Below are positions 9,576 through 18,738 of a stretch of 50,165 nucleotides of DNA, piece by piece (the first letter of the stretch is position 1; every line of letters starts with the position of its first letter). The translations under genes were made by a program, and so were the position numbers. The stretch comes from Rhodospirillales bacterium (lineage in GTDB: Bacteria > Pseudomonadota > Alphaproteobacteria > Rhodospirillales > 2-02-FULL-58-16): positions 1 to 50,165 of the forward strand of contig JBHHXI010000002.1 in the NCBI GenBank assembly GCA_046756945.1, read 5' to 3'. A model generated the notes under the pieces. It was not told the origin of the DNA, ran no database searches, and worked only from the letters and a program-made list of their open reading frames with translations.

Positions 9576-11009
9576 ATGACGCAGCCGCTGAGCGCCGGCC
9601 GGCCGGCGCCGGGCGCGGACGACGCGCAAATCGTGGACGGCCTGGTCAAGAAGGCCAGGAGCGCCATGGCGGTCTTCGCCAACGCCGATCAGGCGCGGGT
9701 CGACGAGGCGGTGACGGCGCTGGCGTGGTCCATCTACCGGCCCGATCACGCCCGCGCCCTGGCCGAAGCGGCGGTCAGCGACACCGGGCTCGGCAACGTC
9801 GCCGACAAGACCGCCAAGAACCGGCGCAAGACCTTCGGCGCCCTGCGCGACCTGCTGCGCGTCAGGACCGTCGGCGTGATCGAAGAGGATGCGGCGCGGG
9901 GCATCGTCAAGTACGCCAAGCCGGTGGGCGTGGTCGGCGCCGTCGTCCCCTCGACCAATCCGGCGGCGACCCCGGTCAACAAGGCGATGATGGCGGTCAA
10001 GGGGCGCAACGCCATCATCCTGGCCCCGTCGCCGGCGGGGTCCAATACCACGGCGCTGACCGCCGGACACATGCGCGCCGAGCTGGAAAAGATCGGGCTG
10101 CCGGCGGACCTGGTGCAGGTGCTTCCGGCGCCGGTCACCAAGGCCCTCACCCAGGCCCTCATGGAGGCCTCGGACCTGGTCGTGGTGACGGGCTCGCAGA
10201 ACAACGTCCGCAACGCGTACCGGAGCGGCACGCCGGCCATCGGCGTCGGCGCCGGCAACGTGCCGGTGATCATCGATTCGAGCGCCGATCTGGCCGACGC
10301 CGCGGCGAAGATCCGCGACTCCAAGGTCTTCGACAACGCCACCTCGTGCTCGTCGGAGAACTCGGTGACCATCGTCGACGATGTGTACGACGCCGCCATG
10401 CGGGCGCTCGGGGACGCCGGCGGCTACCTGGCGACGGCCGAGGAAAAGCGCCTGATCGAGGACAAACTGTGGGTGGACGGCAGGCTCAACCGCACGCTCA
10501 TCGCCAAGGACGCGGACGTCTTCGCCCGCGACGTCGGCCTTTCCGAAGAGGCCGGGAAGGCCAGGTTCTTCATGGTCGCCGACGACGGCGCCGGCCCGGA
10601 CCACCCGTTCTCGGGCGAGAAGCTTTCCCTCGTCCTCACCGTCTACCGGGCCGCCGATTTCGACGCCGCGCTGAAGCGGGTGCGCGACGTCCTCCGCTAC
10701 CAGGGCATCGGCCATTCGGTGGGCCTGCACAGCGCCGACATGGACCACGCCCGCCGCCTCGCCGAGGAGCTCGACGTGGTCCGCGTGCTGGTCAACCAGG
10801 CCCATGCGTTCGGCAACGGGGGCAGCTTCGACAACGGGCTCGACTTCACCCTGAGCATGGGCTGCGGCACCTGGGCCGGCAACTCGATCAGCGAGAACCT
10901 GAACTACCGGCACTTCATCAACGTCACCCACCTGGTCACCGTGATCCCGGAGAACAAGCCCACCGAGGACGAGCTGTTCGGCGCCTACTGGGCGCGTTAC
11001 GGCAAGTGA
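9576..11009 (+). CDS. CoA-acylating aldehyde dehydrogenase (AdhE-N/EutE/SucD(Ck)/SauS-like)
   Basis: GVGAGNVPVIID...FDNATSCSSENS matches the acylating-ALDH catalytic Cys region (compare AdhE GVGAGNTPVVID...FDNGVICASEQS). GGGAGGA Shine-Dalgarno before ATG-9576. Confidence 0.8.
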   Translation: MTQPLSAGRPAPGADDAQIVDGLVKKARSAMAVFANADQARVDEAVTALAWSIYRPDHARALAEAAVSDTGLGNVADKTAKNRRKTFGALRDLLRVRTVGVIEEDAARGIVKYAKPVGVVGAVVPSTNPAATPVNKAMMAVKGRNAIILAPSPAGSNTTALTAGHMRAELEKIGLPADLVQVLPAPVTKALTQALMEASDLVVVTGSQNNVRNAYRSGTPAIGVGAGNVPVIIDSSADLADAAAKIRDSKVFDNATSCSSENSVTIVDDVYDAAMRALGDAGGYLATAEEKRLIEDKLWVDGRLNRTLIAKDADVFARDVGLSEEAGKARFFMVADDGAGPDHPFSGEKLSLVLTVYRAADFDAALKRVRDVLRYQGIGHSVGLHSADMDHARRLAEELDVVRVLVNQAHAFGNGGSFDNGLDFTLSMGCGTWAGNSISENLNYRHFINVTHLVTVIPENKPTEDELFGAYWARYGK

Positions 11010-11042
11010 CCCCAGTACTTCCTTGCATGTGAGAACTGACCG

Positions 11043-12167
11043 ATGAACTTCGAGGAACACGCGGCCAAGCCGCTGCTTGCCGCGGCCGGCATCGACGTGC
11101 CCCGGGGCCGCTGCGCCGCCACCGCGGACGAGGCCGCGGAGGCGGCCGGCGAACTGGGCCCGGTGGTCATCAAGGCCCAGGTGCCCGCCGGCAAGCGCGG
11201 CAAGGCCGGCGGCATCAGGCCCGCCGACGGCGCCGACGAAGCGCGGACCGCGGCGGCCGCCATCCTCGGCATGGACATCGGCGGCCACCGGGTCGAGCGC
11301 GTGCTGGTCGAGGAGCGCGCCCGGATCGCCGGCGAATACTACGCCGCCGTGCTCAACGACCCGCCGTCCAGGGGGCCGCTGGTGCTGTTCTCGACCCTCG
11401 GCGGCATGGACATCGAAGAGGCGGCCCGCACCGACCCCGCCCGCGTCCGCCGCGCCACCGTGGACATCCGCGCCGGGTTCGACCGGGCGGCGGCGCAACG
11501 CATGCTAAAGGGCCTCGACCTGGGCGACGAGGCGGCGGCCGTCGCCGATGTGCTGGTCCGGCTGTACGCGGCGTATCGCGGCAACGACGCCGAGCTGCTC
11601 GAGATCAACCCCCTCGCCGTCACCGAGGCGGGCCGCCTGGTGGCGCTCGACTGCAAGTTCACGCTCGACGATTCGGCGGTCAAGCGCCAGCCCGGCATCG
11701 CGCCCAGGGGCACGCCCGAGCGCCTCACCGGGCTGGAGGCCCGCGGCCAGGAGCTGGGGCTGCGCTACATCGAGCTCGACGGCAACGTCGGCGTGCTGGC
11801 CAACGGCGCCGGCCTCACCATGACCACCATGGACGTGGTCCGCCATCTGGGCGGCCGCCCGGCCAATTTCCTGGAGATCGGAGGCGAGGCCTATACCCAG
11901 GCCAGGCCGGCCCTGGAACTGGTGCTCTCCATTCCCGGGTTGAAAAGCATCGTCATCAACTTCTGCGGGGCGTTCGCCCGCACCGACGTCATGGTGGAAG
12001 GGGTCATCAACGCCGTGGAAGCGCTCAAGCCCACGGTCGCCATGTTCTTTTGCGTCCACGGCACCGGCGAGAAGGAAGCCGTCGCCATGCTTGAACGACG
12101 GCTCGGGGTCGAGCCCTTCGACACCATGGACGAGGCCATCGAAGCGGCGGTGGAGGCGGCCAGATGA
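11043..12167 (+). CDS. ADP-forming acid--CoA ligase, beta (ATP-grasp) subunit, SucC-like
   Basis: N-terminus MNFEEHAAKPLLAAAGIDVP...VIKAQVPAGKRGKAGGI parallels SucC. 33 nt after the ALDH gene. Confidence 0.8.
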   Translation: MNFEEHAAKPLLAAAGIDVPRGRCAATADEAAEAAGELGPVVIKAQVPAGKRGKAGGIRPADGADEARTAAAAILGMDIGGHRVERVLVEERARIAGEYYAAVLNDPPSRGPLVLFSTLGGMDIEEAARTDPARVRRATVDIRAGFDRAAAQRMLKGLDLGDEAAAVADVLVRLYAAYRGNDAELLEINPLAVTEAGRLVALDCKFTLDDSAVKRQPGIAPRGTPERLTGLEARGQELGLRYIELDGNVGVLANGAGLTMTTMDVVRHLGGRPANFLEIGGEAYTQARPALELVLSIPGLKSIVINFCGAFARTDVMVEGVINAVEALKPTVAMFFCVHGTGEKEAVAMLERRLGVEPFDTMDEAIEAAVEAAR

Positions 12168-13036
12168 TCGTGCGCGGCGACCAAAACGTCCTCGTCCAGG
12201 GCATCACCGGAAAGCAGGGCACCTTCTGGACCGAACGCATGCAGGAATACGGCACCCGCGTCGTCGGCGGGGTCAACCCGAAGAAGGCGGGCATCACCCA
12301 TTGCACGGTGCCGGTGTACGCCAGCGCCGGCGAGGCCATGGCCGACGGCGGCTTCGATGTCTCGGTGCTGTTCATCCCGCCGCTCGGCGTCCGCGAGGCG
12401 GCGCTGGACGCCATCGAGGCCGGGGCCAAGGGGCTGGTGATCCTCACCGAGCACATCCCGGTCCACGACGTGATGTACGTGCTCGCCGCGGCGCGCGAAA
12501 GCGGCACCCAGGTAGTCGGCCCCAACACGGCGGGGCTGGTGACGCCGGGCGAATGTTTCATCGGTTTCATGCCCGCCTTCACCAATTCCATCTTCCATGC
12601 GGGGCGCATCGGCGTGATTTCGCGCAGCGGCAGCCTGGGCACCCTGGTCTGCCTCAACCTGGTCCAGGCGGGCTTCGGCCAGTCCGCCTTCATCGGCATC
12701 GGCGGCGATCCCATCATCGGGACGACGACGCGCGACGCGCTGGAGACGCTGGACAGGGACCCGGGCACCGACGCCGTCGTCATCGTCGGCGAGATCGGCG
12801 GCTCCATGGAGGAAGACGCCGCGGCGTACGCCGCCACCATGACCAAGCCCGTCGCCGCCTTCATCGCCGGCGGCGCCTCGCCGGCGGGCCGGCGGATGGG
12901 CCATGCCGGGGCCATCGTCATGGGCGACAAGGGCAGCTACGCTTCGAAACACCGGGCGTTGAGCGAGGCCGGCGTCAGCGTGCTCGACACGCCGTCCGAC
13001 GTCGGAAAAGCCATGGCCCGGGCGTTGCGGCACTGA
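12164..13036 (+). CDS. ADP-forming acid--CoA ligase, alpha (CoA-binding) subunit, SucD-like
   Basis: VLVQGITGKQGTF, SRSGSLG and the phosphohistidine loop MGHAGAIV. ATGA overlap with the beta subunit gene. Confidence 0.85.
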   Translation: MIVRGDQNVLVQGITGKQGTFWTERMQEYGTRVVGGVNPKKAGITHCTVPVYASAGEAMADGGFDVSVLFIPPLGVREAALDAIEAGAKGLVILTEHIPVHDVMYVLAAARESGTQVVGPNTAGLVTPGECFIGFMPAFTNSIFHAGRIGVISRSGSLGTLVCLNLVQAGFGQSAFIGIGGDPIIGTTTRDALETLDRDPGTDAVVIVGEIGGSMEEDAAAYAATMTKPVAAFIAGGASPAGRRMGHAGAIVMGDKGSYASKHRALSEAGVSVLDTPSDVGKAMARALRH

Positions 13037-13058
13037 CAAAACCGGGAGGGGGGAAACC

Positions 13059-14057
13059 ATGCGGGCGATCCAGGTCACCGCGTACGGCGGATCGAAGGAA
13101 CTGACCCTCGCCCAGGTGCCGGTGCCCGATCCCGGCGACGGCGAGGTCCTGGTCAGGCTCGCCTACGCCGGGGTCAACTTCATCGACGTCTACATGCGCC
13201 AGGGCGTCTACAGGAATTTGCAGACCTACCGCAACACCCCGCCCTTTACCCTCGGCATGGAAGGGGCCGGCACGGTGGACGCCGTGGGCGCCGGCGTCGA
13301 CGGACTGGAGACCGGCGACCGGGTCGCCTATTGCCTGAGCCTGGGCAGTTACGCCGAATTCGCGGTGGTCCCCGCCTGGCGGCTGGTGCGCGTGCCCGAC
13401 GGCATCGATTTCCCCCTCGCCACCACCCTCATGCTGCAGGGGTGCACGGCCCATTACCTCACCCGGTCGCTGTTCCCGCTGGAGGCCGGACACACCTGCC
13501 TGGTGCACGCCGGCGCCGGCGGCGTCGGCCAGCTGGTGATCCAGCTCGCCCGCCACCGGGGCGCCCGGGTCCTGGCCACCGTGGGGACGGAGGAAAAGGC
13601 CGGGATCGCCCGCCGCCTCGGCGCCGACGCCGCCATCCTCTACACCCAGGTGGATTTCGCCGATGCCGTGTTGGAGGCGACCGGCGGCGAGGGCGTGGAC
13701 GTGGTCTATGATTCCGTCGGCCAGGCCACGTTCGCCGGCAGCCTGCGGTGTCTCCGGCGCCGGGGAACCTGCGCCCTGTTCGGCGGCAGCTCGGGGGCCG
13801 TGACCTCGGTCAACCCCCTGGATCTGGCCGAAGCCGGGTCGGTGTTCCTGACCCGGCCCCATCTCGCCGACTACACGGCGGACGCCGACGAGATCCGCCG
13901 CCGCGCCGCGGACCTCTTCGCCATGGTCGCCGACGGCCGTCTCAGGGTCGCCATCCACGGGGAACTTCCCCTCGCCGAGGCGGCCCGGGCCCATGAGGCC
14001 ATCGAGGGACGGCAGACCAAGGGCAAGCTTCTGCTGGTCGCCGGCGGACCCGGGTGA
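13059..14057 (+). CDS. NADPH:quinone oxidoreductase-like MDR (zeta-crystallin family)
   Basis: GVNFIDVYMRQGVY, PFTLGMEGAGTV and AGAGGVGQLVIQLA Rossmann motif. Confidence 0.8.
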   Translation: MRAIQVTAYGGSKELTLAQVPVPDPGDGEVLVRLAYAGVNFIDVYMRQGVYRNLQTYRNTPPFTLGMEGAGTVDAVGAGVDGLETGDRVAYCLSLGSYAEFAVVPAWRLVRVPDGIDFPLATTLMLQGCTAHYLTRSLFPLEAGHTCLVHAGAGGVGQLVIQLARHRGARVLATVGTEEKAGIARRLGADAAILYTQVDFADAVLEATGGEGVDVVYDSVGQATFAGSLRCLRRRGTCALFGGSSGAVTSVNPLDLAEAGSVFLTRPHLADYTADADEIRRRAADLFAMVADGRLRVAIHGELPLAEAARAHEAIEGRQTKGKLLLVAGGPG

Positions 14058-15283
14058 CGGCGCGGGCCACGGCCGTGGAGGCCGGCGCGCGCGACAGGGC
14101 GCGGGCGACGCTCGGCACCTGCGGCGCCGCCCACTTCCTCCACGACGGCTTTTCCGACGTCCTCTACGTCCTGCTTCCCCTGTGGGCCCAGGAGTTCGGC
14201 CTGTCGCTCACCCAGGTGGGACTGTTGAAGTCCCTGTACATGGGGGCGCTGTCGCTGTTCCAGCTACCGTCCGGGCTGCTCGCCGAACGGTGGGGCGAGC
14301 GGTTCCTGCTGGCGGCGGGCACGGCGGTGGCGGGCCTCGGGTTCGTCTTCCTCGGCCTGGCCGGCGGGTTCGCCGGCCTGATCGTGGTGCTGTTGTTCAT
14401 CGGGACGGCCTCGGCCACCCAGCATCCCCTGTCCTCGACCCTGGTCGCCCGGGCCTACGATACGGGCGGCCGGCGGGCGGCGCTCGGCATCTACAACTTC
14501 ACCGGCGACCTGGGCAAGGTGGCGATGCCGGCGCTCATCGCCTTGGGCGTCGCCGCCATCGGGTGGCGCGGCAGCGCCATGGCCTTCGGGGTTTTCGGGG
14601 CGCTGGGGGCGGCGGGGATTTTCCTCGCCCTGCGCACCCTCGGCGCCGGGGCGGCGCCCGCGGCGGCGCCCGAAAAAAGCCCCCGGCCGGCCGAAAACAA
14701 GGGTTGGGGGATTCACGACCGGCGGGGGTTCCAGGTGCTGTCCGCCATCACCGTCGTCGATTTTTCCACCCGCACCGCTTTCCTCACCCTGCTGCCGTTC
14801 CTTCTGATCGCCAAGGGGGCGGCGGTGGAGAACGTGGGTTTCGCCCTTGCCCTGGTGTTCGCCGGGGGCGCCGCGGGAAAGTTCCTGTGCGGCCTGCTGG
14901 CCGAGCGCTTCGGCATCATCCGCACCGTCGTGCTGACCGAGCTCGTCACCGGCGCCGGGGTCCTGGCGCTGCTGGCCCTGCCTCTCAACCCCGCCCTGGC
15001 CTTCCTGCCGGTGGTCGGGCTGGCGCTCAACGGCACGTCTTCGGTGCTCTACGGGACGGTCACGGAATTCGTCGTGCCGGAGCGCCAGCCCCGCGCCTTC
15101 GGGCTGTTCTACACCATCGGCACCGGCGCCGGCGCGGCCGGCCCGCTGGCGTACGGCCTGCTCAGCGATCTGACCAGCGTGCCGGTAGCCCTGGCGACCG
15201 TGGGATTGGTGGCGCTGACCACCATTCCGCTGAGCCGGTTGCTGGCGCCGTCCGTCAGGGAAGACGGTCGGGAACGGGCGTGA
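14054..15283 (+). CDS. MFS transporter
   Basis: About 12 predicted hydrophobic segments. GTGA overlap with the preceding gene. 409 aa. Confidence 0.7.
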   Translation: MTARATAVEAGARDRARATLGTCGAAHFLHDGFSDVLYVLLPLWAQEFGLSLTQVGLLKSLYMGALSLFQLPSGLLAERWGERFLLAAGTAVAGLGFVFLGLAGGFAGLIVVLLFIGTASATQHPLSSTLVARAYDTGGRRAALGIYNFTGDLGKVAMPALIALGVAAIGWRGSAMAFGVFGALGAAGIFLALRTLGAGAAPAAAPEKSPRPAENKGWGIHDRRGFQVLSAITVVDFSTRTAFLTLLPFLLIAKGAAVENVGFALALVFAGGAAGKFLCGLLAERFGIIRTVVLTELVTGAGVLALLALPLNPALAFLPVVGLALNGTSSVLYGTVTEFVVPERQPRAFGLFYTIGTGAGAAGPLAYGLLSDLTSVPVALATVGLVALTTIPLSRLLAPSVREDGRERA

Positions 15284-15383
15284 TCTGGAATCGTTTAAAC
15301 CGACGCGTGGCGCCGGGTCGGTGTTAGAATGGCCGGAAAGGGCTCAATATTTCTGCCCTGTGCGGCGACAACGGGAGGACCCC

Positions 15384-16643
15384 ATGGATACGAGCCAGAG
15401 GCCCGCCGTGGAAGTGAACGGCGTCACCTATCGCTGGCCGTCCCGGCCGGTGGTTGTGGTGTGCATCGACGGCGGCGATCCCCGGTATCTCGACCGGGGC
15501 CTGAAAGACGGCATCATCCCGAACGTCGGGCGATTCATGAAAGACGGCTTCAGCGCCATCGCCGACGGCGTCGTGCCCAGCTTCACCAATCCCAACAACA
15601 TCTCGATCATCACCGGGAGCCCGCCCGCGGTGCACGGTATCTCGGCCAATTTCTTCGTCGATCCCGAGACCGGCGCCGAGGTCATGATGAACGACCCCAA
15701 GTTCATATGGTCGGACACGGTCCTCGGCGAGTTCTCGAAGACGGGCAAGGTCGTCTCCATTACGGCGAAGGACAAGCTGCGCCGCGTGCTCGGCAAGGAC
15801 ATGGACTTTTCCCGCGGCAGCGTGAATTTCTCGTCGGAAAAGGCGGACGGCTGCACGGTGGCCGAAAACGGCATCGAAAACGTCCTCGACCTGGTCGGCC
15901 TGCCGCTGCCCGATGTGTATTCCGCCGACCTTTCGCTGTTCGCCATGGAGGCGGGGGTGAAACTGCTGGAGCGCGAGCGGCCGGACCTCATGTACCTGTC
16001 GCTCACCGACTACGTTCAGCACAAGTACGGGCCGGGCGAGCCGGTGTCCGACGGTTTCTACGCCGGGCTGGACGACGCCTTCGGGCGGCTCGAGGCGCTG
16101 GGCGCCGTCGTCGCGCTGATCGCCGACCACGGCATGAACGACAAGGCGAAGGCGGACGGATCGCCCAACGCCATTTTTCTCCAGGATATTCTCGACGCGG
16201 AATTCGGTCCGGGCACGACCAAGGTGCACCTGACAATCACCGATCCCTACGTGGTGCATCACGGCGCCCTGGGCGGCTTCGTCGGGGTCTATTGCAGCGG
16301 GGACGCGACCCCCGGCCAGGTGATGGATTTCGCCGGGGCGCTGCCCGGCGTCGAGGCGGTCTACGACAGGGACGCGGCCTGCGCCGCCTTCGCCCTGCCC
16401 GCCGAACGCCAGCCCGACGTCGCCGTGATCAGCGACGCGGCAACGGTCATCGGATCGTCGGCGGCCGCCCACGACCTCTCGGGCCTCGAGGGCCACCGCC
16501 TGCGCTCCCACGGCGGCATCGCCGAGCGCCGGGTGCCGTTCATCCTTTCGGCGCCGCTCAACGCCGACTACGCGGCACGCGCCGCGAAGGGCGGCCTCAA
16601 CAGCTACGAGATCTTCGACTACGCCGTCAACGGGACTGCGTAA
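15384..16643 (+). CDS. phnA: Phosphonoacetate hydrolase (alkaline-phosphatase superfamily)
   Basis: VVPSFTNPNNISIITGSPPAVHGISANFF, YSADLSLF, DLMYLSLTDYVQHK and ITDPYVVHHGALG closely track my recollection of the characterised PhnA. GGGAGGA Shine-Dalgarno before ATG-15384. Confidence 0.85.
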   Translation: MDTSQRPAVEVNGVTYRWPSRPVVVVCIDGGDPRYLDRGLKDGIIPNVGRFMKDGFSAIADGVVPSFTNPNNISIITGSPPAVHGISANFFVDPETGAEVMMNDPKFIWSDTVLGEFSKTGKVVSITAKDKLRRVLGKDMDFSRGSVNFSSEKADGCTVAENGIENVLDLVGLPLPDVYSADLSLFAMEAGVKLLERERPDLMYLSLTDYVQHKYGPGEPVSDGFYAGLDDAFGRLEALGAVVALIADHGMNDKAKADGSPNAIFLQDILDAEFGPGTTKVHLTITDPYVVHHGALGGFVGVYCSGDATPGQVMDFAGALPGVEAVYDRDAACAAFALPAERQPDVAVISDAATVIGSSAAAHDLSGLEGHRLRSHGGIAERRVPFILSAPLNADYAARAAKGGLNSYEIFDYAVNGTA

Positions 16644-16790
16644 CCCTCAGAACACGGCCCGGCGGATCAGGTTGAGCCCGATGACAAAGAGCGTGACCAG
16701 CAGGGCCTTGCGGAAGGTCTCCTGGTCGATCCGGCCGCGGATCTTCTGGCCCACCCACATGCCGGCAAGGCCGGGAACGCAGGCAAGCAG
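16644..16790. repeat. Direct repeat copy 1 (147 bp), homologous to the 3' end of the TauE/SafE gene
   Basis: Hand alignment with 17986..18132 shows 8 mismatches in 147 nt. Confidence 0.9.
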
Positions 16791-16844
16791 CCACACGGCT
16801 TCGCCCTCCATGTCACCGGCAGCAAGGCGCTCGTCGGCCCTCAT
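16647..16844 (-). pseudogene. Remnant 3' fragment of a TauE/SafE family gene
   Basis: The 65-aa ORF ends ...LACVPGLAGMWVGQKIRGRIDQETFRKALLVTLFVIGLNLIRRAVF, near-identical to the C-terminus of the intact 249-aa gene at 17989..18738. It has no matching N-terminal part. Confidence 0.8.
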
Positions 16845-16930
16845 GGCGGCGCAGGCGAGGGCGGACGGGAGGGGGCGGGCAATGGGGTGAACCGCGGGGT
16901 GAACCGCGGGCGTTTATTGGGCTGCGCCCG

Positions 16931-16954
16931 AAAAAAATCCGGCCGCGCGGCCGG
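16931..16954 (-). terminator. Intrinsic terminator downstream of the porin gene
   Basis: The minus strand reads CCGGCCGCGCGGCCGG (perfect 16-nt palindrome) followed by ATTTTTTT, 35 nt after the porin stop. Confidence 0.75.
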
Positions 16955-16988
16955 GGACATGTATTGCGGTGTTTTGTTTCCCCCGACC

Positions 16989-17909
16989 CTAGAACTTCAG
17001 GCGCACACCGAGCCCACCGAACGTACCCGTTGTACCCGTTGTCACGTCATCGTCCGCGGAGGTCGTGGAGTCGTCGAAGTCACCCAGGCTGAAGGCCACG
17101 AACAGTTCGGTGGTGTAGTCTTTGAATTTCTGTACCACGCTGAAACTCCAGGTCTTGGAAACGTCGTCGTTGGCGGCCAGGTCTTTCGTCCTCTGGTAAT
17201 CGACGAAAAAGTTGGTCGTTCCGGCATCGAAAATTTCCGCCTTGTAGCCCAGTTTGGCGTACCAAATCGCCGGATTGTTGCGGCCGATGTTCGATGTCCC
17301 CTTTAAATCCCGCGTACCCGCCGTAATCATCGCACTGAGGCCGCTGGGTTGAAGAATCGACGCCGAAACGTCGACCTCGGTGGCCGGCGACCCGCTTGGG
17401 GTGAAGCTGTTCAAATAGACGACGCGGGCTATCACCTTGGTTCCGGCAAGGCTGGCCGCATAGCGGGCCCCAAGGTCGAGGCCCTCGCCCTGGTTTTGGC
17501 CGGCCGAAAGCATGAGGCCGGGGAACGCGGGTGAATCGAACCACACCCGCTGCGTACGGTCGTCGAACCCGGTAAAGAGGACAGCCGGTCGAGGACCGGA
17601 GGGGGCGCCCGCTTGCGAATCTTGTGGCGATGTCCCGCCGAAACCGGCGCCCGCGGGACTCGAGGGATACGTGAGTATCGGCCCCGCGAGGTCGACCTCG
17701 ATGGGCCCGTTGCCCGTGTCTTCGCCTTTGCCCGCTGCGCCGTCGTCCAAGGAGCCGACCATTCGCCGGAGCTGGCCGGTAATGGCGATCCTCCCCCTGT
17801 CTTTGCTGGAGATGACGCTCTCGCCAGCCGAGGCGGGCGAAGCAAAAGGCGCGGTGAGGGCGAAAACCACACTCGCCGCAACGCATGTTCGCAGGGATTT
17901 TATGGACAC
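16989..17909 (-). CDS. Outer-membrane beta-barrel porin-like protein
   Basis: Signal peptide (V/M)SIKSLRTCVAASVVFALTAPFASPASA. Alternating beta-strand pattern. C-terminal ...GLGVRLKF with terminal Phe. The GTG-17909 start is preferred; the alternative ATG is at 17969. Confidence 0.65.
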   Translation of the reverse strand: MSIKSLRTCVAASVVFALTAPFASPASAGESVISSKDRGRIAITGQLRRMVGSLDDGAAGKGEDTGNGPIEVDLAGPILTYPSSPAGAGFGGTSPQDSQAGAPSGPRPAVLFTGFDDRTQRVWFDSPAFPGLMLSAGQNQGEGLDLGARYAASLAGTKVIARVVYLNSFTPSGSPATEVDVSASILQPSGLSAMITAGTRDLKGTSNIGRNNPAIWYAKLGYKAEIFDAGTTNFFVDYQRTKDLAANDDVSKTWSFSVVQKFKDYTTELFVAFSLGDFDDSTTSADDDVTTGTTGTFGGLGVRLKF

Positions 17910-17985
17910 TTCGTGTCTCAACTTTTCCCCGGACGTTGCAGGCCTCTCTTGTCCCAAAAAGGGCGCCACATTGCAACAATAAACG

Positions 17986-18132
17986 CCCTCAGAACACGGC
18001 GCGGCGGATCAGGTTGAGCCCGATGACAAACAGCGTGACCAGCAGCGCCTTGCGGAAGGTCTCCTGGTTGATACGGTCGCGGATCTTCTGGCCCACCCAC
18101 ATGCCGGCAACGCCGGGGACGCAGGCAAGCAG
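17986..18132. repeat. Direct repeat copy 2 (inside the intact TauE/SafE gene 3' end)
   Basis: See copy 1. Confidence 0.9.
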
Positions 18133-18738
18133 GGATAGGGGCGCGACCTCGGCCGTCAGGATGCCGTTGTCCACATAGGCGAGGACCAGCGGGATGGAAC
18201 CGGCGAACCAGACCAGCCCGATGGTGCGCACGAACATGTCCTTGGACAGGCGCAGCATGATGAAATACATCGTCATCGGCGGCCCCCATATGGTGGAGAC
18301 GCCGCCGAGCAGACCGCCCAGGGCGCCGGCCAGCGGTCCCGCCCATATTTCCGCCGGCGGCGGCACCCGCATCACGGGCCTGACGTAGTTGGTCGCCGTG
18401 AACAGCACCACGACGGCGCCGAGCAGGCCGAAGAGCGTGTCCGCGTCGAGGTTGACGACGATCCGCGCGCCGACCCAGATGAACCCCAGAAAACAGGCGA
18501 TCATCGGCCAGAAACGCCGCAACGGCGCCATCAGGTTGCCCGACTGCACCGCCAGCCACAGATTGGTCAGCACGATGGGCACCGTGACCAGCCCGAGCAC
18601 CAGCGGCGCCGGCAGGAAGCTGGACAGCACGGATATCGCGACGATGGGCAGGCCGATGCCCGTCACCCCCTTGACCACGCCGCCAAACGCGAAACCGACC
18701 AGGGCGACGGTCACGGTCATCGTGTCGAAAACGGGCAT
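17989..18738 (-). CDS. TauE/SafE (DUF81) family sulfite/sulfoacetate-type anion exporter
   Basis: 249 aa, about 7-8 hydrophobic segments, glycine-rich motifs GVVKGVTGIGLP and GALGGLLGG typical of DUF81. Confidence 0.75.
   Translation of the reverse strand: MPVFDTMTVTVALVGFAFGGVVKGVTGIGLPIVAISVLSSFLPAPLVLGLVTVPIVLTNLWLAVQSGNLMAPLRRFWPMIACFLGFIWVGARIVVNLDADTLFGLLGAVVVLFTATNYVRPVMRVPPPAEIWAGPLAGALGGLLGGVSTIWGPPMTMYFIMLRLSKDMFVRTIGLVWFAGSIPLVLAYVDNGILTAEVAPLSLLACVPGVAGMWVGQKIRDRINQETFRKALLVTLFVIGLNLIRRAVF

Noticed and set aside
9450-11498. 682-aa ORF antisense to the acylating ALDH and SucC-like genes
   Set aside because: It is a shadow ORF. The sense strand has catalytic motifs and Shine-Dalgarno-supported starts.
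16884-16907. Short tandem repeats as possible CRISPR arrays (here, 38581..38611 and 46065..46109)
   Set aside because: The units are 11-19 bp, directly adjacent with no spacers, and number at most 3 copies. There are no cas genes. They are simple tandem duplications.
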